A stretch of 64,000 bases of DNA from Candidatus Bathyarchaeota archaeon (GTDB taxonomy: Archaea > Thermoproteota > Bathyarchaeia > 40CM-2-53-6 > RBG-13-38-9): assembly GCA_026015185.1 (NCBI GenBank), contig JAOZGX010000103.1:2127-66126 (forward strand). Reading direction: 5' to 3'. This document shows positions 46,385-57,266 of the stretch, one piece after another. The stretch's first letter is position 1, and each line of letters starts with the position of its first letter. The notes beneath the pieces are model-generated. The model saw only the letters and a list, made by a program, of their open reading frames with translations. It ran no database searches and was not told the DNA's origin. A program made the translations under genes and the position numbers.

Positions 46385-47473
46385 TTATTTGAATTTGAAA
46401 GGGACTTTTTGGTATTTATTTTCACAAGGATTTCCTTCAGTACAATAAAAAGTACCTTCATTTAAATCCATGATCATCGAGAAAATGGTCTCAAATCTAT
46501 ATTCGGCTTTTGAAGTCTTGTCCAAATGTCTACATAAGGAGAATGGATAGTCAAAATGATCGCTTGCTGCTTTTCTAATATCTTCATAATCAATCTGGCC
46601 CGATTTTGGCTTTAGTAACCTCTTCAATCTATGCCATCTTGTAATAGAATCAGGGAAGGAAATCTTTCCCAAGTCTTTAATGTTGCATCTTTGAGTCAGA
46701 AAGTTGTTTGAATGCGTTAGAATTCCCTGGTCAGGATATAAGAAATAGACATCGTCAGGAGTAATCTCTAAATCCAAGACCTCTCCTCCTGAATGAGCTA
46801 TCATAAAATTGATTGAGGCAGACCTCTCTGCTTTTAAAACAGCTAATATTGCATCTCTCAATCTTTCCGAATTCATTATCTTACGAGAAATCACAGTTAT
46901 CAAAGGAATGGCGGGCTCAATTTTATCTTCATTTGAGATTAATGCATTTATACACAATCCTAAACCTGCAGAATTAAGACCTTTGTGTCCCACTGTTCCA
47001 GCTTCTAGATGCATAAGTATATCCGGTCCATCCTCTCTTTCGACCATTAAGAATACACATGAATCCTTTAAACCATGCATGAAATCCCAATTCTGGCCCA
47101 ACAAAACATGCCCAGATTTAGTAACCTCAGGGGTGAAGCCATAAGAAGTACAGCCTTCCAAATATTTCTTAGCTATTGAAGTGATCGCAAGCTCATATCT
47201 GGCATTCAATACGAATATGTCTTCGATCTTTCTACCAGCACCCTCAGCAATTCCTTCCATTTCTCTAAAGATCTCTGCATCATATTCTTCTGTTTTTGAA
47301 ATTGAACTCTCTATTTTACCAATAGCTTCCTTCCAATTTAGGCCTAGGAATTCGGCACAGTAATTTCCGTAATATTCGATATTATGGTCTATGGATTTCT
47401 TGGCTTCTGAACCATATTTCAATCCACGATCATATGCATCTCCTTTGACCTTGATCAATGGCGTCCCTAACAT
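46385..47473 (-). CDS. Ntn-hydrolase, peptidase C45 (acyl-CoA:6-APA acyltransferase)-like
   Basis: GCTSYGF nucleophile region and NWDF motif. The true start is probably MLGTPLIKVKGDAYDRGLKYG. The tracked 5' extension overlaps the Sec61-beta gene on the opposite strand. Confidence 0.6.
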   Translation of the reverse strand: MLGTPLIKVKGDAYDRGLKYGSEAKKSIDHNIEYYGNYCAEFLGLNWKEAIGKIESSISKTEEYDAEIFREMEGIAEGAGRKIEDIFVLNARYELAITSIAKKYLEGCTSYGFTPEVTKSGHVLLGQNWDFMHGLKDSCVFLMVEREDGPDILMHLEAGTVGHKGLNSAGLGLCINALISNEDKIEPAIPLITVISRKIMNSERLRDAILAVLKAERSASINFMIAHSGGEVLDLEITPDDVYFLYPDQGILTHSNNFLTQRCNIKDLGKISFPDSITRWHRLKRLLKPKSGQIDYEDIRKAASDHFDYPFSLCRHLDKTSKAEYRFETIFSMIMDLNEGTFYCTEGNPCENKYQKVPFKFK

Positions 47474-47561
47474 GATAATAACCTTCCTAAAATTGATTAA
47501 CGGGAGCTTTATAAAGATGCTACAGGATATGAATAGATCAGATCTAGGAGTGAACCAATAG

Positions 47562-47750
47562 ATGAGTAGTACTCGAAGCCGTAGAGAGAAGAAAAGGCGT
47601 AGAGAAGCCCCTATGCCAGCTGCTAGTGCTGGATTATTGCGCTTCTTTGAAGAGGAAACCGCTGGGATTAAAATCAGACCAGAGGTAGTACTATTTGTAG
47701 GCATATCTATAATTGCTATCAGTATATTTGCTCATTTTTCTTTAGGATAG
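47562..47750 (+). CDS. Preprotein translocase Sec61-beta (archaeal SecG) subunit
   Basis: Basic N-terminus, then PMPAASAGLLRFFEEETAGIKIRPEVVLFVGISIIAISIFAHF, the conserved archaeal Sec61-beta pattern ending in a single TM. Confidence 0.7.
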   Translation: MSSTRSRREKKRRREAPMPAASAGLLRFFEEETAGIKIRPEVVLFVGISIIAISIFAHFSLG

Positions 47751-48764
47751 GAAATCCTCTAATCTTTTCAAAGGCAATGCAGGGATAGGTTTAGCACTTA
47801 TTCCAAGCTTTTTATTCAAATAATTAGTAAATCCGGTTTTAAACCCTGTATAGACATACACGGTTCTAGCCCTTGTTCTATTAACAAATTGAATCAGTTG
47901 TTTGAAGTCAGCATGAGCGCTCAAAGGAAAACCAATCATAGAGTTAAAATACTCCTTAATTACCCATCCTGTGGCAACAGCCTCAGCTTGGTTGTCGAAA
48001 TTCTTTGAATTTTTTGAGGGTAAAGTCACATAAATACATGAGTGATCATTTATCACATCATCAGACTCTACTTCAGATATGTCCATATTTTTGAGATTTA
48101 CTCCCCTTTCAGAATATGCTTCACAAACTCTGGAAATTCTGGGATGAGTTAACACGGTTAAATTAGTATATGTATTGAAGATCTTGATCAATTCCTGAGC
48201 TTTTCCCGAACCATAAACACGAAAAACCGGGATTCTTCCTTCTTTTAGTTTTTCGAGCGACCATTTGATCATATCAGTATATATTGTCTCTCTTTTCGGG
48301 AAGATATATGTGGGTTGGCCATAGGTAGCTTCAATTATTAATATATCGCATTCAACCTCATCCGCTTTCTTAGTTATCAAAGTGTTAACGCAATTTATAT
48401 CGCCAGTATATAATACGCTAGAATCAGGTGATTGCACTCTGTATTGAACAGAGCCTAGCATATGCCCAGCATTAATAGGTGTAATTTCAATATTGTCGAA
48501 GTTGAGTGTCTGATTTAGTTCAACAGGTTTAAAATTATGAACCTCTCTGTTTCTAATATTTTCAAAAATTCTTCTACTATCTTCTGTTGAATATTTAATC
48601 GAAGGTGATGTATAACCGGCTGAATGGTCTGCATGAGAATGAGTTATGAAAATTGTATCATCTTTATTGATAGTAGATTTAGAGACTGGATCAAACAAAA
48701 ATCGATTCTCGCGATTCCTTATTACAATTCCATGATTCCAGCCAACTTCAAGCCCGTTTCTCAC
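47742..48764 (-). CDS. Metallo-beta-lactamase-fold hydrolase
   Basis: FITHSHADHSAG (HxHxDH) and downstream His/Asp ligands. Confidence 0.7.
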   Translation of the reverse strand: MRNGLEVGWNHGIVIRNRENRFLFDPVSKSTINKDDTIFITHSHADHSAGYTSPSIKYSTEDSRRIFENIRNREVHNFKPVELNQTLNFDNIEITPINAGHMLGSVQYRVQSPDSSVLYTGDINCVNTLITKKADEVECDILIIEATYGQPTYIFPKRETIYTDMIKWSLEKLKEGRIPVFRVYGSGKAQELIKIFNTYTNLTVLTHPRISRVCEAYSERGVNLKNMDISEVESDDVINDHSCIYVTLPSKNSKNFDNQAEAVATGWVIKEYFNSMIGFPLSAHADFKQLIQFVNRTRARTVYVYTGFKTGFTNYLNKKLGISAKPIPALPLKRLEDFLS

Positions 48765-48999
48765 CGTAGGAGTTTCTCCAACATATATTCATTTTATGCT
48801 CTATTAGGTATGCGCAATATTTTATAACTTGATACTTGCTATTGTTTTAAAACTTCCCGATAAAATTTGGTTAGAATTAACATTTATTGAAGACCTAAAT
48901 CACTATATTCACATAAATAAAATCTGAACGGGTATTTGTAAAACAAGAATCGACCTAAAATTCTAGGAGCTTCACAAGATGTCGGCGTTTGAGGGTAAT

Positions 49000-49254
49000 A
49001 TGATACGTGTTGGTAAAAAGCCAGTACTGAACTATGTAATGGCATGTGTGACATTGTTTAATTCAGGAAATAATGAAATAATCATAAGGGGAAGGGGCAC
49101 AGCCATCACAAAGGCAGTTGATATTACTGTGATGCTTAGAAGATCTTTTGCTAAGGATTTGATTATTAAATCGATTAAAGTCGGTTCAGAAGATATTAAG
49201 CGCATGCAAGAAGAATTTCCAATATCAACAATAGAAATAGTTCTTACGAAATGA
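49000..49254 (+). CDS. albA: DNA/RNA-binding protein Alba
   Basis: MIRVGKKPVLNYVMACVTLFNSG.NEIIIRGRGTAITKAVDITVMLRR. The likely start is M8 of the tracked ORF. Confidence 0.85.
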   Translation: MIRVGKKPVLNYVMACVTLFNSGNNEIIIRGRGTAITKAVDITVMLRRSFAKDLIIKSIKVGSEDIKRMQEEFPISTIEIVLTK

Positions 49255-49309
49255 TAAGAACAAAGATTTGGTTTTTGTTCTTTGCAGATTTTATTGGAAG
49301 TTAATTTTT

Positions 49310-50662
49310 ATGAAGAACAAACCTAATATTGTGGCTAGGCCTCCAGGTAAAAAAGCTAGAAGTCTACTGGAGAAGGATTACCAAATAATCTCTCCTTCAG
49401 TTAGGAGATTAAATCCATTATTTATAGAATCTGCAAGAGATTGTATGATTAAAGATGTAGATGGTAATGAATACATAGATTTTGATTCGGCCTCTGCAAT
49501 CATGAATGTCGGTCATTGTCATCAAGATATCGTTAGTGCAATAAATCAACAATCTAATAAATTAATTCATTATCCTTGGAGCAATTTTTCTAATGAAATA
49601 ATACTCAAGCTAGGGGAAAAATTGATTGACTTATCTCCAGGGACCTTTAATAAAAGAATTTTCTACTGTTCTAGCAATTCCGAGGCAATAGAAATAGCGA
49701 CCAAACTTCTATTCTGGCATACCAGAAAGCCAATTATTCTCGCTTACTCGAACTCATATCATGGTGAAACATTAGCTGCAACTTCGCTTACATCAGATAA
49801 GGCTGTAAGAAGAAGACATACTCCCAAAACATATTTGGATATAATACATTTACCCTATCCCTATTGTTATCGTTGCCCATTTAAGTTGAATTATCCAGAA
49901 TGCGATTATCTATGTTTGGAATATATTGTAGATAATGTGATAGGGAAGATCGCTCCGATTGAAGAAATAAGCGGATTATTCTTTGAATCCATCCAAGGTG
50001 AAGGAGGAATAATAGTTCCTCCACCAGAATATTTCCAGAAGTTAAAAAGATTATTGGATAAATATGACATCCTTTTGGTTGATGATGAAGCTCAAACTAG
50101 TATGGGAAGAACTGGTAAGTGGTTTGGAATAGAAAATTGGAAAATCACACCGTATATGATTTGTTTTTCTAACGCCTTGGCATCTGGTTTGCCTTTGGCA
50201 GTGACGATTTCAAATGCTGATTTAATGGACTGGGAAAGTGAATCTAATATAAATTTCGTTGGAGGTAATACGATTGCCTGTTCTGTGGCATTGCAAGTTA
50301 TAGAGGTAATAAAAAAGGAGCGTCTTCTTGAAAATTCATTCAATCAAGGAAAATACCTAGTGAAACGGTTGAACGAGATGAAAGAAACTTATGATATAAT
50401 CGGCGATGTTAGAGGTAAAGGGTTGATGATTGGTGTAGAGATAATTAAAGGCTCAGCTAATAAACAGCCCAATGAGGATGAAGCCAAGGATATAATGGAT
50501 AAATGCTTCAGAAGAGGCTTAGTTTTCACTATCTGTGGGCTATCAACTTTGAAAATAACGCCTCCTTTGACAATAAAAAGAGACCTCATCGATGAAGGTT
50601 TATCGATCTTCGAAGGCGTATTAAAGGAAGTTTACAGGGAACGCTACAAAAAAAAGAGCTAA
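49310..50662 (+). CDS. Class III pyridoxal-phosphate aminotransferase
   Basis: LLVDDEAQTSMGRTGKWF matches the DE(V/A)QTGxGRTGK PLP-lysine region. The likely start is MKNKPNIV. Confidence 0.8.
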   Translation: MKNKPNIVARPPGKKARSLLEKDYQIISPSVRRLNPLFIESARDCMIKDVDGNEYIDFDSASAIMNVGHCHQDIVSAINQQSNKLIHYPWSNFSNEIILKLGEKLIDLSPGTFNKRIFYCSSNSEAIEIATKLLFWHTRKPIILAYSNSYHGETLAATSLTSDKAVRRRHTPKTYLDIIHLPYPYCYRCPFKLNYPECDYLCLEYIVDNVIGKIAPIEEISGLFFESIQGEGGIIVPPPEYFQKLKRLLDKYDILLVDDEAQTSMGRTGKWFGIENWKITPYMICFSNALASGLPLAVTISNADLMDWESESNINFVGGNTIACSVALQVIEVIKKERLLENSFNQGKYLVKRLNEMKETYDIIGDVRGKGLMIGVEIIKGSANKQPNEDEAKDIMDKCFRRGLVFTICGLSTLKITPPLTIKRDLIDEGLSIFEGVLKEVYRERYKKKS

Positions 50663-50684
50663 AATAACTTAGCTTAAATTCAAT

Positions 50685-51746
50685 CTATTCGACTTGTTTC
50701 CACATGTTTTTATTCTTGATATCAGCAAGTTTGTAAACTAAATTGAGCTTTGTTTTCACATCTTTTATTGGTCTGCTTTGAATGATTCCTGAATCACACG
50801 TATTTTTGAAGAGTTTTTCTCCCCTATCAGTTCTTGTAAAAACTATGGACCAACCTTGAGGAGCACCGGCACCTCCTACTGAGATATCAGCTAACTCTGC
50901 CGTATAATCTTGACAAGATTTACAACCTTGCCTTGTTAATTTACCCAAATCCTTAATGGGAGAGTCGACCAATTCCTCTCTTTTCTTGTTGAGCGCTTTA
51001 AACCTACCCTTTTTGATCTCCGTTCTTACTACTTCTTTTAGACCTTCGCCAGATTGTTTGCCTATGAATCCACTCAATTTATCATAATAGAAAGCTTTTG
51101 AACAGAAAATACCAAGTGAGAACTCAAGACTTTCAATTATATTGTTGTTCGCGATCTCAGTGGTTTGCATCTTTCTAACCCCTTGAATCTCACAAGGCAA
51201 GCCAGTAAACGCTATTTTTCCTTGTGGAAAGTTCTCAAAAGCCTCTCTCAATTCACTTACGCCCGCACCTATTGAGTATCGTGTTCCGCTGATTCCTGTT
51301 AAATCCACAGGGTCCCATATTGCGTGAGATTTCGGTTTTAAAGGACTGAGTTCATCTGATGAAGATGCAGCAACACAATCTATTACACGTTTTTCCAATG
51401 CGTATTTAAGAATGGAAGTTGCCACACCACCGTCTTGACAACTTCTTAAGATATTTTTATCTTTAGAACGAGCAAAATATGCGCCTTTAAAGATTCCAAG
51501 AGTCTCATTTTCTTCTTTCTCCCTACCAAAGATCTCTTTCTCAATTTCAGGTTTATCATATTTTACTCTTGGACAACTGTAATAACATATCTGGCAGAGA
51601 ACACATCTGCCTTTTATCATAGGTTTCTCAGCATCACTGGGGTATAGTACATTTACAGGACAAGATGCCATACAAGTCCCACAATATGCGCATAAATTGG
51701 TATTGATAACTTTAGTCATTAAAGTTCCAAATACATTCAAACTCAC
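50685..51746 (-). CDS. FrhB/FdhB-family (F420-hydrogenase beta-subunit-like) flavo-Fe-S protein with N-terminal 2x[4Fe-4S]
   Basis: CAYCGTCMASCP and CVLCQICYYSCP ferredoxin motifs, then the FrhB N/C domains. TAG stop. Confidence 0.7.
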   Translation of the reverse strand: MSLNVFGTLMTKVINTNLCAYCGTCMASCPVNVLYPSDAEKPMIKGRCVLCQICYYSCPRVKYDKPEIEKEIFGREKEENETLGIFKGAYFARSKDKNILRSCQDGGVATSILKYALEKRVIDCVAASSSDELSPLKPKSHAIWDPVDLTGISGTRYSIGAGVSELREAFENFPQGKIAFTGLPCEIQGVRKMQTTEIANNNIIESLEFSLGIFCSKAFYYDKLSGFIGKQSGEGLKEVVRTEIKKGRFKALNKKREELVDSPIKDLGKLTRQGCKSCQDYTAELADISVGGAGAPQGWSIVFTRTDRGEKLFKNTCDSGIIQSRPIKDVKTKLNLVYKLADIKNKNMWKQVE

Positions 51747-51910
51747 TGTATCAACACTCTCCGATTATAAGTTCAATATAGTTACTATAATATTACTGGA
51801 ATTTTTTGTAAACATAAAGAAAGATATAGGTATTTAAATAATTAGTCCCTTGAGGATTGTCTTTTTAGGTATAATTCAATGACACCAAAATTCCAGGAAA
51901 AGAATTTATC

Positions 51911-52564
51911 ATGCATATCAAAGAAATCCTTTCCAAGATTAAGGAAATGAATAATGAGTCATGCGACAATACCGCACTGAAAGACATAAGTGAAGACAAA
52001 TCTACTGATCCATTCAGAGTCCTAATCGGAACAATACTATCACAAAGGACCAGAGATGAAAATACTAGGAGAGCAGTTAGGAATTTATTTTCTCATTATA
52101 AAAATGCTGAGGAGTTAGCAAAAGGAAGAATTGATGTTATTGAGAAGTTAATAAAGCCATCTGGTTTCTATCATGTAAAAGCGCGAAGAATAAGGGATGT
52201 TTCGAAAATAATTGTTGAAAAATATCATGGAAAAGTACCAGATGATATAGATTCACTTCTTTCCATGCCTTCAGTTGGTAGAAAGACTGCTAATTGTGTT
52301 TTAGTATATGCTTTTAATAAACCTGCAATCCCCGTGGACACTCATGTACATAGAATATCTAATAGATTGGGAATCGTAGAAACCAGAAAGCCTGAGGAGA
52401 CTGAGGTTGCTCTTCGAGAAAGCATTGACCAAGAATTTTGGTTAGAATTAAACGATTTATTCGTAAAATTCGGTCAGAGAATCTGCACACCAATAAGTCC
52501 CAAATGTAATACCTGCAAATTAGGAAACGCATGCACATATTATTTAGAGAAAATAGAAAGTTGA
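51911..52564 (+). CDS. nth: Endonuclease III (HhH-GPD base-excision glycosylase with [4Fe-4S])
   Basis: Hh[14 protein letters not shown], catalytic D in VDTHV, C-terminal [17 protein letters not shown] (Cx6Cx2Cx5C). Confidence 0.85.
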   Translation: MHIKEILSKIKEMNNESCDNTALKDISEDKSTDPFRVLIGTILSQRTRDENTRRAVRNLFSHYKNAEELAKGRIDVIEKLIKPSGFYHVKARRIRDVSKIIVEKYHGKVPDDIDSLLSMPSVGRKTANCVLVYAFNKPAIPVDTHVHRISNRLGIVETRKPEETEVALRESIDQEFWLELNDLFVKFGQRICTPISPKCNTCKLGNACTYYLEKIES

Positions 52565-52572
52565 AGTCTACG

Positions 52573-53748
52573 CTATATCTTCTCAATATGCGTTAAGATA
52601 TCAGAAGACAATTCCAACTCTTTATCATTTGGTTTAAGTCTTGCATAAACACCTATGGCTCTAATTCGATTTCCTTTTTCAAGGCTATCTGCAGAACCTG
52701 CCAGCTCTCTCCATAATAGTATTTTACCTTGGCCTGAACCATCATCAATGGTAAATGAAGCTAGCTTTATTTCCTCTCCTTTTTTCGTAATTACTTCTTT
52801 AATGTGAGGGCCTTCGACTATCGTACCTTCTATTGAGACCAATTTTTGTTCTTTAATTTCTCCTATTTTATCTATTTTCAAAGGCAAAATTTCTTGGGGG
52901 CTCAGACTTTTTGGATTTATTGTTACAGAACTTGAACTATTAACTGTTAGGAAAATTCTATCGAACTTTTCTTTTGTAAAAGCTCTTTGAATTAATAGTG
53001 TGTCACCTTCCTTGATCTTGTTAAATAACTTTACTTTATCCTCCCAAAGATACGCTTTCATAATTCCATCTTTATTTCCTAAGAGTATCGTTCCAAAATT
53101 ACTTATTCTATCTGAATTTTCTATTTTCTTTGTAGAACCAATCTTAATGACTTTTGCAAAGACATTTACGCTCTTTTTTTCTGCCCTCATATTAGAAATA
53201 TCTATCAATTCCAGTTTTTCTTCATCATATTTCGGATAATTTTCTTCTGGTACATCGGGAGCGATTATGTAATCTCCTCTATCTCCAACATGAAGTTCTA
53301 CTTCCTTAGAAATTCCCTCTCGTGTATATCCGTGGAGTATTTTTAATAACTTACCCTGCAAATTCTTGTGTTTGGAAATCTGCTCAGCTTTAGAATCCCA
53401 AAATATGCAAAATATTTTACCTGTTTTATCAGTTAAAACCAGTCTGGTAAGCTTTCCTATATTTCCATCACGTTTAGTGAACTCTCTAATAGGCCAGACA
53501 TCCACCACTCTACCTGTTATAGTTACATCGTTTAGGTTTGGAATAAGATCATTGATTTGTAGTTCTTCTAGGCTCCCTTGTTGTTCTATTTCAATATCCA
53601 AGTCCTGGGCGACCAAAAGTGCAGCGCCTTCATCGGAAAGCAAATCCTGGAAGTCATTTTTCTTTTCTTCTACGAGTCCAATAACCTCATTTTCGTTTAA
53701 ATCCTCTTTTTGCGCAAGTATCTTTTCAATGATATTCTTGAATTCCAT
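52573..53748 (-). CDS. Replication protein A (multi-OB-fold ssDNA-binding protein)
   Basis: Repeated OB-fold segments (ITGRVVDVWPIREFTKRDGNIGKLTRLVLTDKTGKIFCIFW...). TAG stop. Confidence 0.7.
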   Translation of the reverse strand: MEFKNIIEKILAQKEDLNENEVIGLVEEKKNDFQDLLSDEGAALLVAQDLDIEIEQQGSLEELQINDLIPNLNDVTITGRVVDVWPIREFTKRDGNIGKLTRLVLTDKTGKIFCIFWDSKAEQISKHKNLQGKLLKILHGYTREGISKEVELHVGDRGDYIIAPDVPEENYPKYDEEKLELIDISNMRAEKKSVNVFAKVIKIGSTKKIENSDRISNFGTILLGNKDGIMKAYLWEDKVKLFNKIKEGDTLLIQRAFTKEKFDRIFLTVNSSSSVTINPKSLSPQEILPLKIDKIGEIKEQKLVSIEGTIVEGPHIKEVITKKGEEIKLASFTIDDGSGQGKILLWRELAGSADSLEKGNRIRAIGVYARLKPNDKELELSSDILTHIEKI

Positions 53749-53769
53749 CTAAGAACAAGACCCTTTGGT

Positions 53770-54828
53770 TCAGAGAATTTTCCAATAATCAGATAAAATT
53801 ATCTTAATTTCTTTTATTCTCTCTTGCATGTTACGATTTATAATCTGTTTAGGTTCAGAGCGTGGATCAGAGAGATCCAATTCTTTCATATCAGCTAAAG
53901 TAGCTATGATAGCAGTTATTATTCTAGGTAAAGCTTCTAAATCATATCCCCCCTCAAGAACTATTGAGATTCTTCCATCACAATAATCATCAGCGACTTT
54001 CATAATACGCTTTGTAAGCTGTATGTAAGTATCAAAAACAAAATTGAGATTAGCCAATGAATCTGCGAAATAAGCATCTTGCCCTGCAGAAATTGCTATG
54101 AAATCTGGTTTGAATTCTTCAGCAATAGGAACAAAAAGTTCTTCAATAGCGTGAATGCAATCTGCACCTGTTGAATTTGGCGGTAATGGAACGTTCACTG
54201 TATACCCTCTGCCTTCTTTTTCACCTATCTCTTCAATGCTTCCTGTTCCTGGGAAAAGTGGCATCTGGTGAGTTGAAAAGTAAAGGACTGAAGGATCGTT
54301 ATAAAAAATATCTTGTGTACCGTTTCCGTGATGTACATCCCAATCAAGGATCATGAATTTCTTTAATCCATATTCACGTTTAATGAATTCAATCATTATT
54401 GCAATATTGTTAAAATAACAGAATCCTCCGCCATAATCTATACCTGCATGATGCCCAGGGGGCCTAGTCAATGCGAATGAATTTTTTAGCCCCTTCTCAG
54501 CTACAACCTTGCCACCAAGAATCGCTCCACCTGCACTCAATTTAGCCAAATTATAAGTCTCGTTCATTACAGGTGTATCTGAAGTTAGAATTCCTGTATA
54601 GTTACTTAGAATCTCAATTTGTTTGATATGGTCTTCAGTATGGACTAAAGCTATATCTTCTTCATTGGCAGTTTCAGGTTTCAAAAGCTCGATCTTGTAT
54701 TTTCTTAAGAGATCAATTTCTCTTAGATATTTCATAGTCTCTTTGAGCCTATCTGGACATTCTGGATGACCCCTTCCAGGATCATGTTTTAAATAATCTT
54801 CATGATAAATTATGCCTGTTCGATTCAA
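53770..54828 (-). CDS. Histone deacetylase-family / acetoin-utilization AcuC-like deacetylase
   Basis: ILDWDVHHGNGTQDIF and catalytic HH in RPPGHHAG. Confidence 0.85.
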   Translation of the reverse strand: MNRTGIIYHEDYLKHDPGRGHPECPDRLKETMKYLREIDLLRKYKIELLKPETANEEDIALVHTEDHIKQIEILSNYTGILTSDTPVMNETYNLAKLSAGGAILGGKVVAEKGLKNSFALTRPPGHHAGIDYGGGFCYFNNIAIMIEFIKREYGLKKFMILDWDVHHGNGTQDIFYNDPSVLYFSTHQMPLFPGTGSIEEIGEKEGRGYTVNVPLPPNSTGADCIHAIEELFVPIAEEFKPDFIAISAGQDAYFADSLANLNFVFDTYIQLTKRIMKVADDYCDGRISIVLEGGYDLEALPRIITAIIATLADMKELDLSDPRSEPKQIINRNMQERIKEIKIILSDYWKIL

Positions 54829-54981
54829 ATCTATGAACTTCCATAATCTGAAGGTAATAATTACAGAACTGTCTTAACTTAAGTCTTAAGGAGTGCGCTA
54901 TTGCATTTTTAAAAGAATAAAAAAAATAATCTCCCAATTACTATATTATTTATTATTAGAGGATTTGTTTGGGGTTTATTA

Positions 54982-56169
54982 ATGTCAGAGATTCTACTCG
55001 GAACTAGTGGCTGGAGTTATGCTGAATGGGAAGAGACGCTTTATACTAGGAAACAAGGCAAACTTACACAATACTCTTCGATATTTCCAACAGCTGAGAT
55101 CAATTCTACATTCTACGCTCTTCCTAAGAACGAAATAGTCTTTGGCTGGACAAGGCACACTCCTTCAAATTTTAGATTCTCTGCTAAGTTGCCCCAGACA
55201 ATCACGCATAAGAAGGCATTAGATTCCTCTAAAGGAATCGAGTCAGATCTAAATCTATTCTTGGAAGTAATGAAGCCTTTGATAGATGCTGGTAAATTGA
55301 TTTGTATATTGGTTCAACTTCCGCCCTTTCTTAAAATCAATATTGATAGGTTAGAATCATTTCTCACACTTATTCCAAAATCATCTCCTGCTTTTGCTGT
55401 TGAATTTAGGCATATGTCTTGGCTTCAGAAAGATGTATTCAAACTCTTGGAAAAGTACTCTGCAGCCTATACAATAGTTGACGAACCGCTTCTTCCGCCC
55501 GATGCTCACATAACATCTGATTTTGCTTACTTTAGGTGGCATGGAAGAGGTAGTAAGCCTTGGTTCAATTATAGGTACTCAGAGGAAGAACTTGAAGAGT
55601 CAGTCAAACGTGTTAATGAAGTAGTTAAGAAGACTGATAGAATCATTGGCTATTTCAATAATCACTTTCATGCTTATGCCCCTGAGAATTGTCTTCAGAT
55701 AATGAAGATGCTGGGGATTGAAACACCTGAGGGCTCCACTGCTTTGGATAGAATAACTTCCAGGCGAAAAGGTAAGCCTTCGACTACATCCAAGACTCTG
55801 GAAGCTTGGATGGGTCCTTTAGGTGATAGGGCAATTGAAAATAGGCTACTCAAATTGACAAGTGCTGATGTTATTGAATCGGCAAAATCTATACCTGACA
55901 AGGACTTTTCTCTTCGGGAGGATAGCAAGAAAAGAATAGCGGCCTATATAGGTGAGACAACTGTTGACATCAACTTTGAACTTCATTCAATTACTCATTA
56001 TTGTCCTTTCTGGTCGAAGTCAAGTCTAAAAAAGAGAATCTGTCCACATATAGCCAAACTTTTATTGAGCATTGAACCAGAAAAGGCAAGAGCTGCGTTA
56101 ATTCAGATAAACTCAACTTTGGACAGATGGAATTTCGAATCCAGACTTTCAGTGGATTTCCCAAAATAA
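54982..56169 (+). CDS. DUF72 (UPF0759) family protein
   Basis: N-terminal ILLGTSGWSYAEWEETLY signature. Confidence 0.7.
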   Translation: MSEILLGTSGWSYAEWEETLYTRKQGKLTQYSSIFPTAEINSTFYALPKNEIVFGWTRHTPSNFRFSAKLPQTITHKKALDSSKGIESDLNLFLEVMKPLIDAGKLICILVQLPPFLKINIDRLESFLTLIPKSSPAFAVEFRHMSWLQKDVFKLLEKYSAAYTIVDEPLLPPDAHITSDFAYFRWHGRGSKPWFNYRYSEEELEESVKRVNEVVKKTDRIIGYFNNHFHAYAPENCLQIMKMLGIETPEGSTALDRITSRRKGKPSTTSKTLEAWMGPLGDRAIENRLLKLTSADVIESAKSIPDKDFSLREDSKKRIAAYIGETTVDINFELHSITHYCPFWSKSSLKKRICPHIAKLLLSIEPEKARAALIQINSTLDRWNFESRLSVDFPK

Positions 56170-56199
56170 TATGCGTAATAAAACAGTGGTAAGTAAAGA

Positions 56200-57150
56200 A
56201 TGAAATTGAATGATTTCTTACCTGAAGAAAAATCAGTAGATTTCAGGATCGGGACAGGTGGGTGGGCATATTTTCAAGTTCCAGGAATGGATTCACTAGC
56301 CGCTTATTCTAAAGCTTTCAACTTTGTTGAAGTAAATTCTACTTTTTACACAATTCCTAGTATTGACGAAGTCACTTCATGGAGAAAAAGGGTAAAATCG
56401 GATTTTAAGTTCTCAGTCAGATGTCATCAAGATCTTACTCATAAACACAATCTTAGACCAATAGCTGAGTCCTATCAAATATTGAATGAAATGTTATTAA
56501 TATGCAAAACACTGGACGCAAATGTTTTACACATACAAACTCCACCAACATACCAAATAACTACTTCCAAGATAGATCCGATCCGCGATTTGCTGAGTTC
56601 TTTCCAATTCAAGGGAATAAGGTTAGCTTGGGAAATAAGGCAAAAGCAGCAGTGGCCATCATATTTAACAAACTTGATGCAGGATTTTAATATAATCCCA
56701 TGTGTTGATCTATCGAAAGAAGAAGAGCCGTTTGCTTCAGATATCCTATATTCAAGACTTTTTGGTAGAGGTTCACATAACATCTACCAGTTTGAGGATG
56801 AAGAGTTAAGGACCATAAACAATAGAGCTTCTGAAGGGGATCAAAAAAAGGTTATCTTATCATTTCATAGCTTGAAGATGTTCAAAGATGCTGCTAGATT
56901 AAAGATTTTCAAGGAAACTGGGAAATTTCCTTCTATTACAAACTCAACAGGTTTGTTCTCACTTAAAGAAATATTAAGTGAAGATGCAAAGTTTCCTTCA
57001 ACAAAAGAAGAACTGATCAAACATCAAGGATGGAAGGTTTTCGATTTAACGTCAAAAGAGAGAATTCATACTCACAAAATTCTAGATAAGCTTCCAGAAA
57101 GGAATTATAGTAACTTAGATGAAGTACTACAAGAACTTCAAAAGTACTGA
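56200..57150 (+). CDS. DUF72 (UPF0759) family protein, tandem paralog
   Basis: FRIGTGGWAYFQVPG ... FNFVEVNSTFY. Confidence 0.7.
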   Translation: MKLNDFLPEEKSVDFRIGTGGWAYFQVPGMDSLAAYSKAFNFVEVNSTFYTIPSIDEVTSWRKRVKSDFKFSVRCHQDLTHKHNLRPIAESYQILNEMLLICKTLDANVLHIQTPPTYQITTSKIDPIRDLLSSFQFKGIRLAWEIRQKQQWPSYLTNLMQDFNIIPCVDLSKEEEPFASDILYSRLFGRGSHNIYQFEDEELRTINNRASEGDQKKVILSFHSLKMFKDAARLKIFKETGKFPSITNSTGLFSLKEILSEDAKFPSTKEELIKHQGWKVFDLTSKERIHTHKILDKLPERNYSNLDEVLQELQKY

Positions 57151-57266
57151 TAAAATTACGCGTTTTCATATTTAATTAGTCTTTTAAACAATCCATTGAA
57201 GATATTATGATTATATATGGACTAACAATCCATATGGTTTGATAAAAAAAGGGAGATAAATTCTGA

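Noticed and set aside
53000-53752. Two + strand ORFs inside the RPA gene
   Set aside because: Antisense shadows of the 391-aa RPA CDS.
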